From a virus, in the IMG/VR virus record IMGVR_UViG_3300005563_000033, positions 1-64,000 of that record: a stretch of DNA of 64,000 nt, one strand, 5' to 3'. Shown one piece after another: positions 26,838 through 35,136 of the stretch. A program made the position numbers and the translations under genes. Below the pieces are notes generated by a model that ran no database searches, had not been told where the DNA came from, and saw nothing but the letters and a program-made list of their open reading frames with translations. Positions within the stretch are counted from its first letter, which is position 1, and every line of letters begins with the position of its first letter.

Positions 26838-27251
26838 ATGAATACATACATACTACTAATATTCCTTTTTATTGGGAATGTTTGTTTCGGGCAAAATGAT
26901 CTGATAGAAAAGATCAGAAGTGGCGGCAATTACAATGATTCTGCCATAAGATATGTACTTTATAAATCTGATTCTTTTAAGATATTCTACAGATTTGATA
27001 ATACATTCTGGTCAGAACCAATGGTAGGGATTATTATTAGAGATAGTGCAGGAAACTATGACGAAAATGCGGTTAATGAATATTATAGGCAAAACAGGCA
27101 TTACTTTGCCGAAGTAACCGTAAGTTTAATTAAGAAGGGAAAGTCAATTAAATCATGGCCGCCTATTTCAACAAAATATGTCCCTGCTGGCTGCTTCGAA
27201 GATGTTCCAGAAGGTTATGTCAAACAAGTTCTAAATGAGAAGAAACCATGA
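26838..27251 (+). CDS. Secreted protein
   Basis: MNTYILLIFLFIGNVCFG|Q. Confidence 0.7.
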   Translation: MNTYILLIFLFIGNVCFGQNDLIEKIRSGGNYNDSAIRYVLYKSDSFKIFYRFDNTFWSEPMVGIIIRDSAGNYDENAVNEYYRQNRHYFAEVTVSLIKKGKSIKSWPPISTKYVPAGCFEDVPEGYVKQVLNEKKP

Positions 27252-27472
27252 TAAAATTATCTTCCATACTACTAATGCTTTTTATTATTTTCACTGGATG
27301 TTATTCTCCGCGTGATTCTAATGGTCGATATTGGCCAGCAAAGTGTGTATGGAAGAGAGTGCTATCAAAAAAGGAACATAAGTCATTACCCCCATTTATA
27401 AAAATGCCCCGACAAAAAAGCCGGGGCCTAACCAAAGTAAATTCAGATGAAATTAAGCAGCACCCGTATTAA
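27248..27472 (+). CDS. Small putative lipoprotein
   Basis: ILLMLFIIFTG-C. Confidence 0.55.
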   Translation: MIKLSSILLMLFIIFTGCYSPRDSNGRYWPAKCVWKRVLSKKEHKSLPPFIKMPRQKSRGLTKVNSDEIKQHPY

Positions 27473-27737
27473 GAGTAGCAGCAGTGGAATCGGTAAGATA
27501 CTTTTTACCGTGGGTATTAAGCCCGGTGGGAAGTACTTCTACGATAGCGTTACAGGTAGCCGAACCTACGGTAATAGCAGGACTAATTGCCGTAAAGACC
27601 GTACCGGCAGAAGCAACGCTTTTGGCAATACCCATAGGAGAGTTGGCGTACGGGTAAATGTTGCTTGTGCTTGAATTGATTTTGGAGTCATTGCCTGTAT
27701 ACTCTCCATACCCTTGAAAGATTACATGACCAGCCAT
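27453..27737 (-). CDS. Small A/S/T/G-rich protein, virion-like composition
   Basis: 94 aa with A-rich start context; the only minus-strand gene I can support after 16.8 kb. Confidence 0.65.
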   Translation of the reverse strand: MAGHVIFQGYGEYTGNDSKINSSTSNIYPYANSPMGIAKSVASAGTVFTAISPAITVGSATCNAIVEVLPTGLNTHGKKYLTDSTAATLNTGAA

Positions 27738-27784
27738 TTTGTTTAGTTTTAATGTTAGGTAAATAATATATATTAGTAAAAATA

Positions 27785-29212
27785 ATGAAAAATTTAGATA
27801 GGGTAACTTTAATTATTGTTGATACTTATAGATATGGACGGGCATTGCATAGCCTTAAAATGTCTCTAATCCAAATAAAACCAGCCAGAACCATATTTTT
27901 TACTGACATAGATTTGGATTGTGGACCAGATATAGAGGTAGTAAAAATAGACCCAATTCAGTCAAAACAAGATTATAGCCGGTGGGTAATGCGAGAGCTT
28001 TATAAGCACATTACTACTGAGTTTGTGCTAGTAACCCAGTGGGATGGATGGACGTTAGACGGGGAACTATGGAATGATGAATTTTATGAGTATGACTATT
28101 TGGGTGCCCCCTGGATTTTCGAGCATAATCGCAACATCGCAAATGGTGGATTTTCTTTAAGATCGAAACAACTTTGCGAAATATTAGGGACTGACCCGCT
28201 GATACAAATTACTCATCCAGAAGATCAATCGATAGGTATTCTATATAGAGGTTACTTGGAAGAAACTTATGGAATAAAATTTCCATCCGAAGAACTAGCC
28301 GACACGTTTGCCTTTGAATTAAAATGCCCAGCAACCCCCACCTTTGGATTTCATGGCTGGTTCCATAAACCTTATCAAAAGACCGTCGTTATAAAAAGGA
28401 CTGCTGCAATGGGAGATGTAGTGCAAACGGAAGCTGTCCTTTACTATTTTTTCAAAAAAGGGTATAGGGTGGTTCTGGACACGTTGCCGCAATTCCACAA
28501 TCTTTTTATTCAGCATCAATTCAAAGTACACCGGCCAGAAGAAGTAGACGGGAGAGTATTAGCTACGGCCAAAAAGTATGATCTAGATTTTTCCTACGAA
28601 AGCAAACCAGCACAACTTCATCTTAAAACTTATTTTGAGTTTTGTGAAGTGCCAGAAAGCGAAATGTTACTTCAAAATCCAGTACTACATCTTAATATCC
28701 CGAAAGACCAATCTACTAAATTATTCAAGAAGTATGCGGTCATTCACTACCCTGACCGTAAGCAAAATTCGCGCAATATTCAAGGAAAAATTGATTGGGT
28801 GTCTGTAGTTAAATATCTTAAAACAAAAGGATACGACTCCATCCAGCTAAGTGGCGGTAAAGACATTGAGGGGGCTTTACGAATGCAGACGCCAGGAGAA
28901 CCATTTTTAATGTGGGTATTGCGAGAGGCTGATCTAATGATAGCAATTGACAGTGGCCCGGCGAATATCGCGGTGGCATTTGATGTACCCGCTATCATAT
29001 TTTTTGGGTCTGTTGACGCCTCTCATATATACGCTGACTTAAGTAAGGTTGAGGTAATAGAAACGGAGCCTAATTGTGGCAATAGAAAATGTTGGAGCCG
29101 TGTAGTTGGTTGCGAAGGTATGGAATGTGTGGTAGACGAATCCCGCCCGCCATGCGTACAGTACACCACCGAACAAGTCATAACCGCTATAAATAATATC
29201 ACATGCAAATAA
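27785..29212 (+). CDS. Two-domain glycosyltransferase (DUF5672-like GT-A + GT9 heptosyltransferase-like)
   Basis: VLVTQWDG..YDYLGAPW..NGGFSLRS..PED..FGFHG; RTAAMGDV..IAIDSGPANIAVAFDVPAIIFFG. Confidence 0.85.
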   Translation: MKNLDRVTLIIVDTYRYGRALHSLKMSLIQIKPARTIFFTDIDLDCGPDIEVVKIDPIQSKQDYSRWVMRELYKHITTEFVLVTQWDGWTLDGELWNDEFYEYDYLGAPWIFEHNRNIANGGFSLRSKQLCEILGTDPLIQITHPEDQSIGILYRGYLEETYGIKFPSEELADTFAFELKCPATPTFGFHGWFHKPYQKTVVIKRTAAMGDVVQTEAVLYYFFKKGYRVVLDTLPQFHNLFIQHQFKVHRPEEVDGRVLATAKKYDLDFSYESKPAQLHLKTYFEFCEVPESEMLLQNPVLHLNIPKDQSTKLFKKYAVIHYPDRKQNSRNIQGKIDWVSVVKYLKTKGYDSIQLSGGKDIEGALRMQTPGEPFLMWVLREADLMIAIDSGPANIAVAFDVPAIIFFGSVDASHIYADLSKVEVIETEPNCGNRKCWSRVVGCEGMECVVDESRPPCVQYTTEQVITAINNITCK

Positions 29213-29784
29213 CCTTAGAAGGATTACATGGTAGTGGAGAACTTTGGCTAGACATAATGAGAATTATTTGTGGAAATACGTATGGCAAATCGTTCCTAGA
29301 CGCTGGTTGCCATAAAGCCCCTTATACGCCTTCACTTGGGTTTACAGAAAGGACATACGTTGATATTCAAGGACGGAAATTAGACCATTCGGAGGAGCAA
29401 AGATATTTTATACAAGACGATGTGGTAGAATATTTATATTTCAGTAAAAAGCATTTTGATGTTATTATCGCAAGTGATTTTCTGGAACATTTGACAATTG
29501 AAAAAGGGTACGAGTTTATAGCATTGATATGTATGAACTCCAATAAGCAAATTATTTTTACACCATTAGGAGAATATAACATCACCGATGATAATCATCC
29601 AGATAGCCATCATAGTGGGTGGACGCCGGAAATGTTTGTAGATAAGAGTCCGTTTAACTGGCTTTTTATTGTGCTGCCAAACTTTCATCCAACCTTAGAA
29701 GTCGGTGCATTTTTCGCAATCAGGTGTGAACAAGATGATCAATTAAGAATCTATAACGAAATAAAAAATAAATATGTTAAGTAA
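29203..29784 (+). CDS. Class I SAM-dependent methyltransferase
   Basis: FLDAGC, YVDI, FDVIIASDFLEHL, IFTPLG, HHSGW. Confidence 0.8.
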   Translation: MQITLEGLHGSGELWLDIMRIICGNTYGKSFLDAGCHKAPYTPSLGFTERTYVDIQGRKLDHSEEQRYFIQDDVVEYLYFSKKHFDVIIASDFLEHLTIEKGYEFIALICMNSNKQIIFTPLGEYNITDDNHPDSHHSGWTPEMFVDKSPFNWLFIVLPNFHPTLEVGAFFAIRCEQDDQLRIYNEIKNKYVK

Positions 29785-30460
29785 GATTGAGCAAATACAA
29801 GAAGCTATTTTTTATGCGGAACAAAGACAGTCTAAAATTACGCCACTGGCCTTGGCCGTTCCGGCATTAAGCTCTTTAAACATTCGCCATTTAATGAATA
29901 ATTTAGGGGCCATATCCACGCATTATCTTGAACATGGCGTCCATAAAGGAGGTTTATTCTGCGCAACCGTCTTTAAGAACAACAACCTTATGTCAGCTAC
30001 AGCGGTGGATAACTTTGAATCAGACGAACATAACGCTGATAAGGCTATGCCGCAGTTTCTGGAAAATGTAGAAATATGTTTGCCAAAAGAACTGAAAATG
30101 GGGTTCGTTCATAGAGAGGAAGAAAATACTTTGACAGAGTGCTTTACGCTCATTAAGCGAAATAGTTTCGATGTTTCTCCGGAAGAAATACCGCACAAGA
30201 TAGACTTATATCTTTTTGATGCAGATCACAGTGAGGATTCGCAATGCCGGGCCTTAACTCACTTCCTCCCTGCAATGGCAGATGAATTTATTTTTTGCGT
30301 AGATGATTGGGATTTTCCAGAAGTGAGTGCCGGAACCCTAAGAGGGATAAAGGAAACAGGAGTTGAAATATTGTTTTGTCAAATATTCGAAGGGAATGAC
30401 CACGATAATGACGGCTGGTGGAATGGCTATGCGGTGTTCCTGCTAAAAAAGAAGGTATGA
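29774..30460 (+). CDS. Class I SAM methyltransferase (Methyltransf_24-like)
   Basis: YLEHGVHKGG, AVDNF, IDLYLFDADH, FCVDDW, WWNG. Confidence 0.8.
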   Translation: MLSKIEQIQEAIFYAEQRQSKITPLALAVPALSSLNIRHLMNNLGAISTHYLEHGVHKGGLFCATVFKNNNLMSATAVDNFESDEHNADKAMPQFLENVEICLPKELKMGFVHREEENTLTECFTLIKRNSFDVSPEEIPHKIDLYLFDADHSEDSQCRALTHFLPAMADEFIFCVDDWDFPEVSAGTLRGIKETGVEILFCQIFEGNDHDNDGWWNGYAVFLLKKKV

Positions 30461-31209
30461 GCAAACGATTAGGGGGAACGATGTTTGTTATTGATGGCCT
30501 AAAATGGGACTACCCTTTCGAAGAGTCTATTTTGTCCATGAAAGAGCATTGTGATGAAATTATCATTTTAGATGCTGGTTCATTGGATGGAACGGCTCAG
30601 GTGTTGAAAAAGTTAGAGGATAAAAAGACCAAAGTAATTTACCTAGATCGTACCGAATGGGAAGAACAAAAAGGGTGGCAAAAATTAAATTACTTTTCCA
30701 ATAAGGCCATTGCGGAACTTACAACCGAATGGAATTGGTATCAGCAATCCGACGAAATTCTACATGAGCATTGTTATAACGTACTAAGAGGAGCCATAAA
30801 TTCAGGCAAAGCAGATAGCTATATGTGTGCTAGGTTCAATCTATGGGCATCCCCTTACAAGATGATTAATGTTGTCGGGAATAGGAACCCGTGCAGCACT
30901 AAAGTTCTAAGACTGGCCAAATCTCAGTATATGACATACGGAGACGCCGAAAGCATTGCTTGCGACAACGTGAACGAAGACTATGTTAATCGTATTCGAT
31001 TATATCATATGGGATTTGTAAGGTCAAAAGAAGTACACGCGGCCAAAATAAGACACATGCAAGCAGACGTGTTCCAGGTTACGCCGGACGCAAAACTAGA
31101 AGGAATGACTACATTTGACCCGTATAAATGGTTTTCCGAGGACGATCTTATCCCAATTCCAGAACCATTACCCAGAGTCATACAAGAATGGGCAAGAGCT
31201 AGGGAATAA
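30457..31209 (+). CDS. GT2-like glycosyltransferase
   Basis: DEIIILDAGSLDGT, QSDE, LYHMGFVR; start taken at the ATGA overlap at 30457. Confidence 0.8.
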   Translation: MSKRLGGTMFVIDGLKWDYPFEESILSMKEHCDEIIILDAGSLDGTAQVLKKLEDKKTKVIYLDRTEWEEQKGWQKLNYFSNKAIAELTTEWNWYQQSDEILHEHCYNVLRGAINSGKADSYMCARFNLWASPYKMINVVGNRNPCSTKVLRLAKSQYMTYGDAESIACDNVNEDYVNRIRLYHMGFVRSKEVHAAKIRHMQADVFQVTPDAKLEGMTTFDPYKWFSEDDLIPIPEPLPRVIQEWARARE

Positions 31210-31221
31210 ACAAAAAATCCT

Positions 31222-31229
31222 TAACTTAG
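31222..31229 (+). promoter_or_regulatory. -7-like promoter box TAACTTAG
   Basis: Intergenic, upstream of 31246. Confidence 0.45.
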
Positions 31230-31245
31230 TAAAAATTTAAATATT

Positions 31246-31470
31246 ATGCCAACTACATCTGCCAGCACTAAGGTAAACCATGCTGACCTTCCCAATCTTT
31301 CAGGGCAATCCGTTGTCGTTCGCTTCACTTCCGATGAATCTGAAAAAAGAGGAACCGTTAGCACTTATGACAGCGGTAACCAGAAGGTAAGGATTAACCA
31401 AGGGAAACGCCATTTCTGGGTTCCATCCGTAAATACTACATCCCACATTATCCGGGTAGAAAACTTCTAA
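31246..31470 (+). CDS. Hypothetical small protein
   Basis: 74-aa ORF. Confidence 0.65.
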   Translation: MPTTSASTKVNHADLPNLSGQSVVVRFTSDESEKRGTVSTYDSGNQKVRINQGKRHFWVPSVNTTSHIIRVENF

Positions 31471-31473
31471 GCC

Positions 31474-31692
31474 GTGACCAAGGTAAAAGTTTCAAAAGGG
31501 AAGGGACAAATAACCTATCCGCCAGATCATAAACCGGGGATGAGAGTGCCAAAGGGCGGTAGTTCGTGTTTATCATGCGAGTACCTTTCGGATGGGAAAT
31601 GTACCAACCGCTACTTTATAAAGTGGAATGGAAGTGGTGTATTGCCAGCACCCCCCGACGAATACTGTTCGGACTGGTATGAGCAAAAATAA
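31474..31692 (+). CDS. Small 4-Cys protein (HiPIP-like Cys pattern)
   Basis: CLSCEY...C...YCSDWY. Confidence 0.55.
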   Translation: MTKVKVSKGKGQITYPPDHKPGMRVPKGGSSCLSCEYLSDGKCTNRYFIKWNGSGVLPAPPDEYCSDWYEQK

Positions 31693-31697
31693 TATTT

Positions 31698-32390
31698 ATG
31701 AGTGAATTAAAAGCTGCTGCTGGCCGTGTAATAGTCAAAGTAAAAATGGATGAAAAGGATTCATACCAGTTTGAATCCGGGCTAAAAATAGCTATCCAAC
31801 GCAACACCGAAAACTTTGACCGCAAATACACCTCTATATCCCAAGGAGAGGTAATGGACTCTGAATACATACCCAAAGGAGCAACCGTTTATTTCCACCA
31901 TAACGGAACCCACGAAAACAACCACATTTATAATTATAAAGCTCTTAATACCGAAGACATAGCCAATGAAATAAGATACTTCTCTATTCCAGAACAAGAA
32001 TGTTTCTTATATCGCATTGGAGACGGTGAATTATTGCCATTAAAGGGATTTGCCACCGCGCTTAGGGTATTCAAGCCTTACAATGGAATACTACAAGGCA
32101 TAGAACCAACTCTATTAAAGAATGTCCTGTATCTTACTTCCGGTGAAATGAAAGGACAAGTTTGTCATACCCTTAAAGCCTGCGATTATCAGCTAACAGT
32201 ATTGGTAGACGGAAGAGATAGAAACATCATTCGCGTACGAGATGTAGGATTCCATGAAGAACATCGAGAGGAACTTGTGGCCATTAACCACGCTTACGCC
32301 AAGCAAGTAAAAGAAGGAAAGCTATACCTAGGACTTACTACAACCGACTGCAAACCTTTAAATGAGTTTCAAAATGCCGTTCACGGATAA
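31698..32390 (+). CDS. GroES-like co-chaperonin domain protein with C-terminal extension
   Basis: LKAAAGRVIVKV..ESGLKI..GEV..IPKGATVYFHH. Confidence 0.6.
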   Translation: MSELKAAAGRVIVKVKMDEKDSYQFESGLKIAIQRNTENFDRKYTSISQGEVMDSEYIPKGATVYFHHNGTHENNHIYNYKALNTEDIANEIRYFSIPEQECFLYRIGDGELLPLKGFATALRVFKPYNGILQGIEPTLLKNVLYLTSGEMKGQVCHTLKACDYQLTVLVDGRDRNIIRVRDVGFHEEHREELVAINHAYAKQVKEGKLYLGLTTTDCKPLNEFQNAVHG

Positions 32391-32679
32391 GTTCATAAAA
32401 GTACCTATAATTAAGTATGATACTTCGGAAGAAAACATACTAGGGAAAGACCCGCATGATTGTGAACGGTATATGACATTTAAATGCATTGATCCCCTCG
32501 AAATAGCCTCTTATGATCCTGCCATTCCTAAAGGCCTGCCATTGACAAAAGAAAATGAAGTCTGGACTTCTGTGTATATGAAATACGGGGATTCTTTTTA
32601 TACGCCTATCCCTATAACCGAATTTGAACAAATACTAAACTCATTCAAACATATAGAACTATGGGCGACGAATCAATAG
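32374..32679 (+). CDS. Hypothetical protein
   Basis: ORF coupled to both neighbours; start uncertain. Confidence 0.65.
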   Translation: MPFTDKFIKVPIIKYDTSEENILGKDPHDCERYMTFKCIDPLEIASYDPAIPKGLPLTKENEVWTSVYMKYGDSFYTPIPITEFEQILNSFKHIELWATNQ

Positions 32680-33017
32680 AGGAACTAAAGAAGCAGTTAG
32701 AGGCTGAAAAAAAAAGGAATAAGGCGTTGATTGAAAAGATAGCCGGGTATGAAGGCCCAAGCAAGGCAAAGCTTTACTATGCCATTAACCGACAGGTGTC
32801 AGATATGGCTGACATGATAAACTCTAAAAGCCTTAAAAATATAGATATATCGGATGGCTCAGATAAGAGTATTGAAAAAATGAAAATAATATGGGGTGCC
32901 GTTAAATCCCTATGTGAAATTCTCCCATTACTTGCTCAGTCTGCCGGTATAACCGGAAATGAAGAAGAGGACCTTAAAACCCCATTTATTGAAACCGTAG
33001 CCGAAACAAGAAAATAA
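32661..33017 (+). CDS. Possible terminase small subunit
   Basis: Helical 118-aa ORF directly before TerL (position only). Confidence 0.4.
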   Translation: MGDESIEELKKQLEAEKKRNKALIEKIAGYEGPSKAKLYYAINRQVSDMADMINSKSLKNIDISDGSDKSIEKMKIIWGAVKSLCEILPLLAQSAGITGNEEEDLKTPFIETVAETRK

Positions 33018-35087
33018 ATGCTGTCAGTAGACATATATGGCTCACTTTGTTACTATCCGGATGCTCCTCCGGATTCTTTAATTGAGGGGTGGGACCTGCC
33101 AAGGGAGGAACAATATTGGAGAAGAAAAGAACTGCCAGACTATTTCGACATTATTAACTATGATGAAGATAAAAATGCGATACTTACCCCACAACAGAAA
33201 GCATATGCATCAATAGAGGTACAACGTTGCAAAAAAGGGTATTGGTTCTTTAATAATGGCATTCCTACTTACATAACCGGGAAAAACTATTTCTATCTTC
33301 AGTGGTGGAAATTAGAGGACGATATACACCCAGACTATAGAGATGCAGATAGGAGGTATTTTTTATTCCTTGATAAGTGGGAAAACATTCTATGGTGTAT
33401 TGGCATAGGGAGAGGTAAAAAAAGACGCGAAGGCGCAAGCTCTCAGGCTACATCCAATTTAATTTATGAATGCATATTTTACACTAATAGTAATTGCGGT
33501 CTTGTAAGTAAAACAAATATAGACAGCAGAGACACCTTTACTGACATGGTATCTTTCGGCTACAATCAGTTGCCTGTATTCTTAAAGCCAAGGCAGTTAA
33601 ATAGGGCCGACAGTGTTACTGAACTTGTGTTTGCTGCAAGAGTAGGAAAGGGAGATGTGGCCGCAAAGGGTATGCGGTCTAAGGTAAATTATCGAGCCCC
33701 TGTAGAAAATGCATACGATAGAGGCCGCGTTTCGAGAGGGCTGTGGGATGAGGGCGGAAAATGGCCATTGGATGTGAAGTTCTCTAAATTCATTTCTAAG
33801 GTTACAAAGACAATGGTGAAAGGAGCCAAGCGCGTTGGGTTCGCTGAATGTCCATCAACTGTGAACGAAATGACAAAAGGGGGCGGCGCGGAGTATAAGG
33901 TATTTTGGGATGGAGCCAATCAATTTAAAAGTGGTGGCAAGAAAACAAAAAATAGATTTGTTACTTACTTCACTCCGGCATATGATAATTACGAAGGGTT
34001 TATTGATAAATACGGAATGTCCGTCATTGACGAACCTACAGAGGAGCAATATCAATACCTTGTTGAAAAATGGGTAGTTAAAGACCCTAATACCGGAGAA
34101 ACGGTTTCCGAAATATCGGAAGAAGATATTAGGCTAGGCGCAAGGAAGTATATTTATAGTAGGCGCGAAGGGTTAACGGGAGAGTTATTAGAAGAGGAGA
34201 TAAGGCAAAACCCATGCACTGTACAGGAGATGTTTGAGGCTGCCAATACAGATTGCGCCTTTAATTCCTATAATATCAATAAACGCAGAAAAGAACTTGA
34301 AGAAAAGCCTATATACAAAAGGAAGGTTCTGTTTTATAGAACGCTTGATCAAAAAGTAACCTTCCGGGATGTAGATGAAAAGAAAGACCCATTTTATTGG
34401 AGGATAACAGCCTTCCCGCCCCCGGGCCAAGAAAATATCTATAAAACAAATGCGGGAGTAAGAGAGCCAGGACGTACGCATGATGGAGTTATTGCCGTGG
34501 ATAGCTATTCTAATAGTCAGGGAGGGCGTAAATATGGCTCCAAAGCGTCTGCTTGGATAGGCAGAAGATTTGATATATTAGACCCAGAAAACACAGGGAA
34601 GCCAATAGGCCATCTTTACGGACGACCAGCAGACAAGGCTATACTTCACGACCAGTGTCTCTTAGCGGCAGAATACTTTGGTTTTAAAGTTTTTTATGAA
34701 CACACGGCAGATGATTACCTGTCCCACTATCGGGATAGGGGCAAATCCGGGTATTTAGGGACATACCCCATGAGTTTAATTGATCCGAATAAGCGGCATA
34801 ATGCAGATCGTTTCAAGGGTGTACCTATAACACCATTCAGCCTTACTAAGCAACTAGACAATGGGATTGCCTATTTCAACGACCATTGTGATTTGATAGA
34901 TTTTGAGGAACTACTTGAAAATGCGCTCATTTTTGATCCTTACGATAGGACGGCCTATGACTGCGTGGTAGCATTTCTGATTCTTGTATCTTGCCTGATG
35001 GAGCCTATAAATAAGCCAAGGAAACAAACCGAACCCTTGGTAACAGTCTACGAAAATCCCCTTTATGGTAGAAATTCAATGAATTAA
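33018..35087 (+). CDS. terL: Terminase large subunit (crAss-like type)
   Basis: YITGKNYFYLQW, KKRREGAS, WDEGGKW Walker B, nuclease AVDSY. Confidence 0.9.
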   Translation: MLSVDIYGSLCYYPDAPPDSLIEGWDLPREEQYWRRKELPDYFDIINYDEDKNAILTPQQKAYASIEVQRCKKGYWFFNNGIPTYITGKNYFYLQWWKLEDDIHPDYRDADRRYFLFLDKWENILWCIGIGRGKKRREGASSQATSNLIYECIFYTNSNCGLVSKTNIDSRDTFTDMVSFGYNQLPVFLKPRQLNRADSVTELVFAARVGKGDVAAKGMRSKVNYRAPVENAYDRGRVSRGLWDEGGKWPLDVKFSKFISKVTKTMVKGAKRVGFAECPSTVNEMTKGGGAEYKVFWDGANQFKSGGKKTKNRFVTYFTPAYDNYEGFIDKYGMSVIDEPTEEQYQYLVEKWVVKDPNTGETVSEISEEDIRLGARKYIYSRREGLTGELLEEEIRQNPCTVQEMFEAANTDCAFNSYNINKRRKELEEKPIYKRKVLFYRTLDQKVTFRDVDEKKDPFYWRITAFPPPGQENIYKTNAGVREPGRTHDGVIAVDSYSNSQGGRKYGSKASAWIGRRFDILDPENTGKPIGHLYGRPADKAILHDQCLLAAEYFGFKVFYEHTADDYLSHYRDRGKSGYLGTYPMSLIDPNKRHNADRFKGVPITPFSLTKQLDNGIAYFNDHCDLIDFEELLENALIFDPYDRTAYDCVVAFLILVSCLMEPINKPRKQTEPLVTVYENPLYGRNSMN

Positions 35088-35108
35088 TTAGGATTTTCAA
35101 AAAAATGT

Positions 35109-35116
35109 TATATTTG
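35109..35116 (+). promoter_or_regulatory. Bacteroidota -7 promoter box TATATTTG
   Basis: Exact TAnnTTTG upstream of the portal gene. Confidence 0.55.
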
Positions 35117-35136
35117 AACTAACTAACTCTTTTTCA

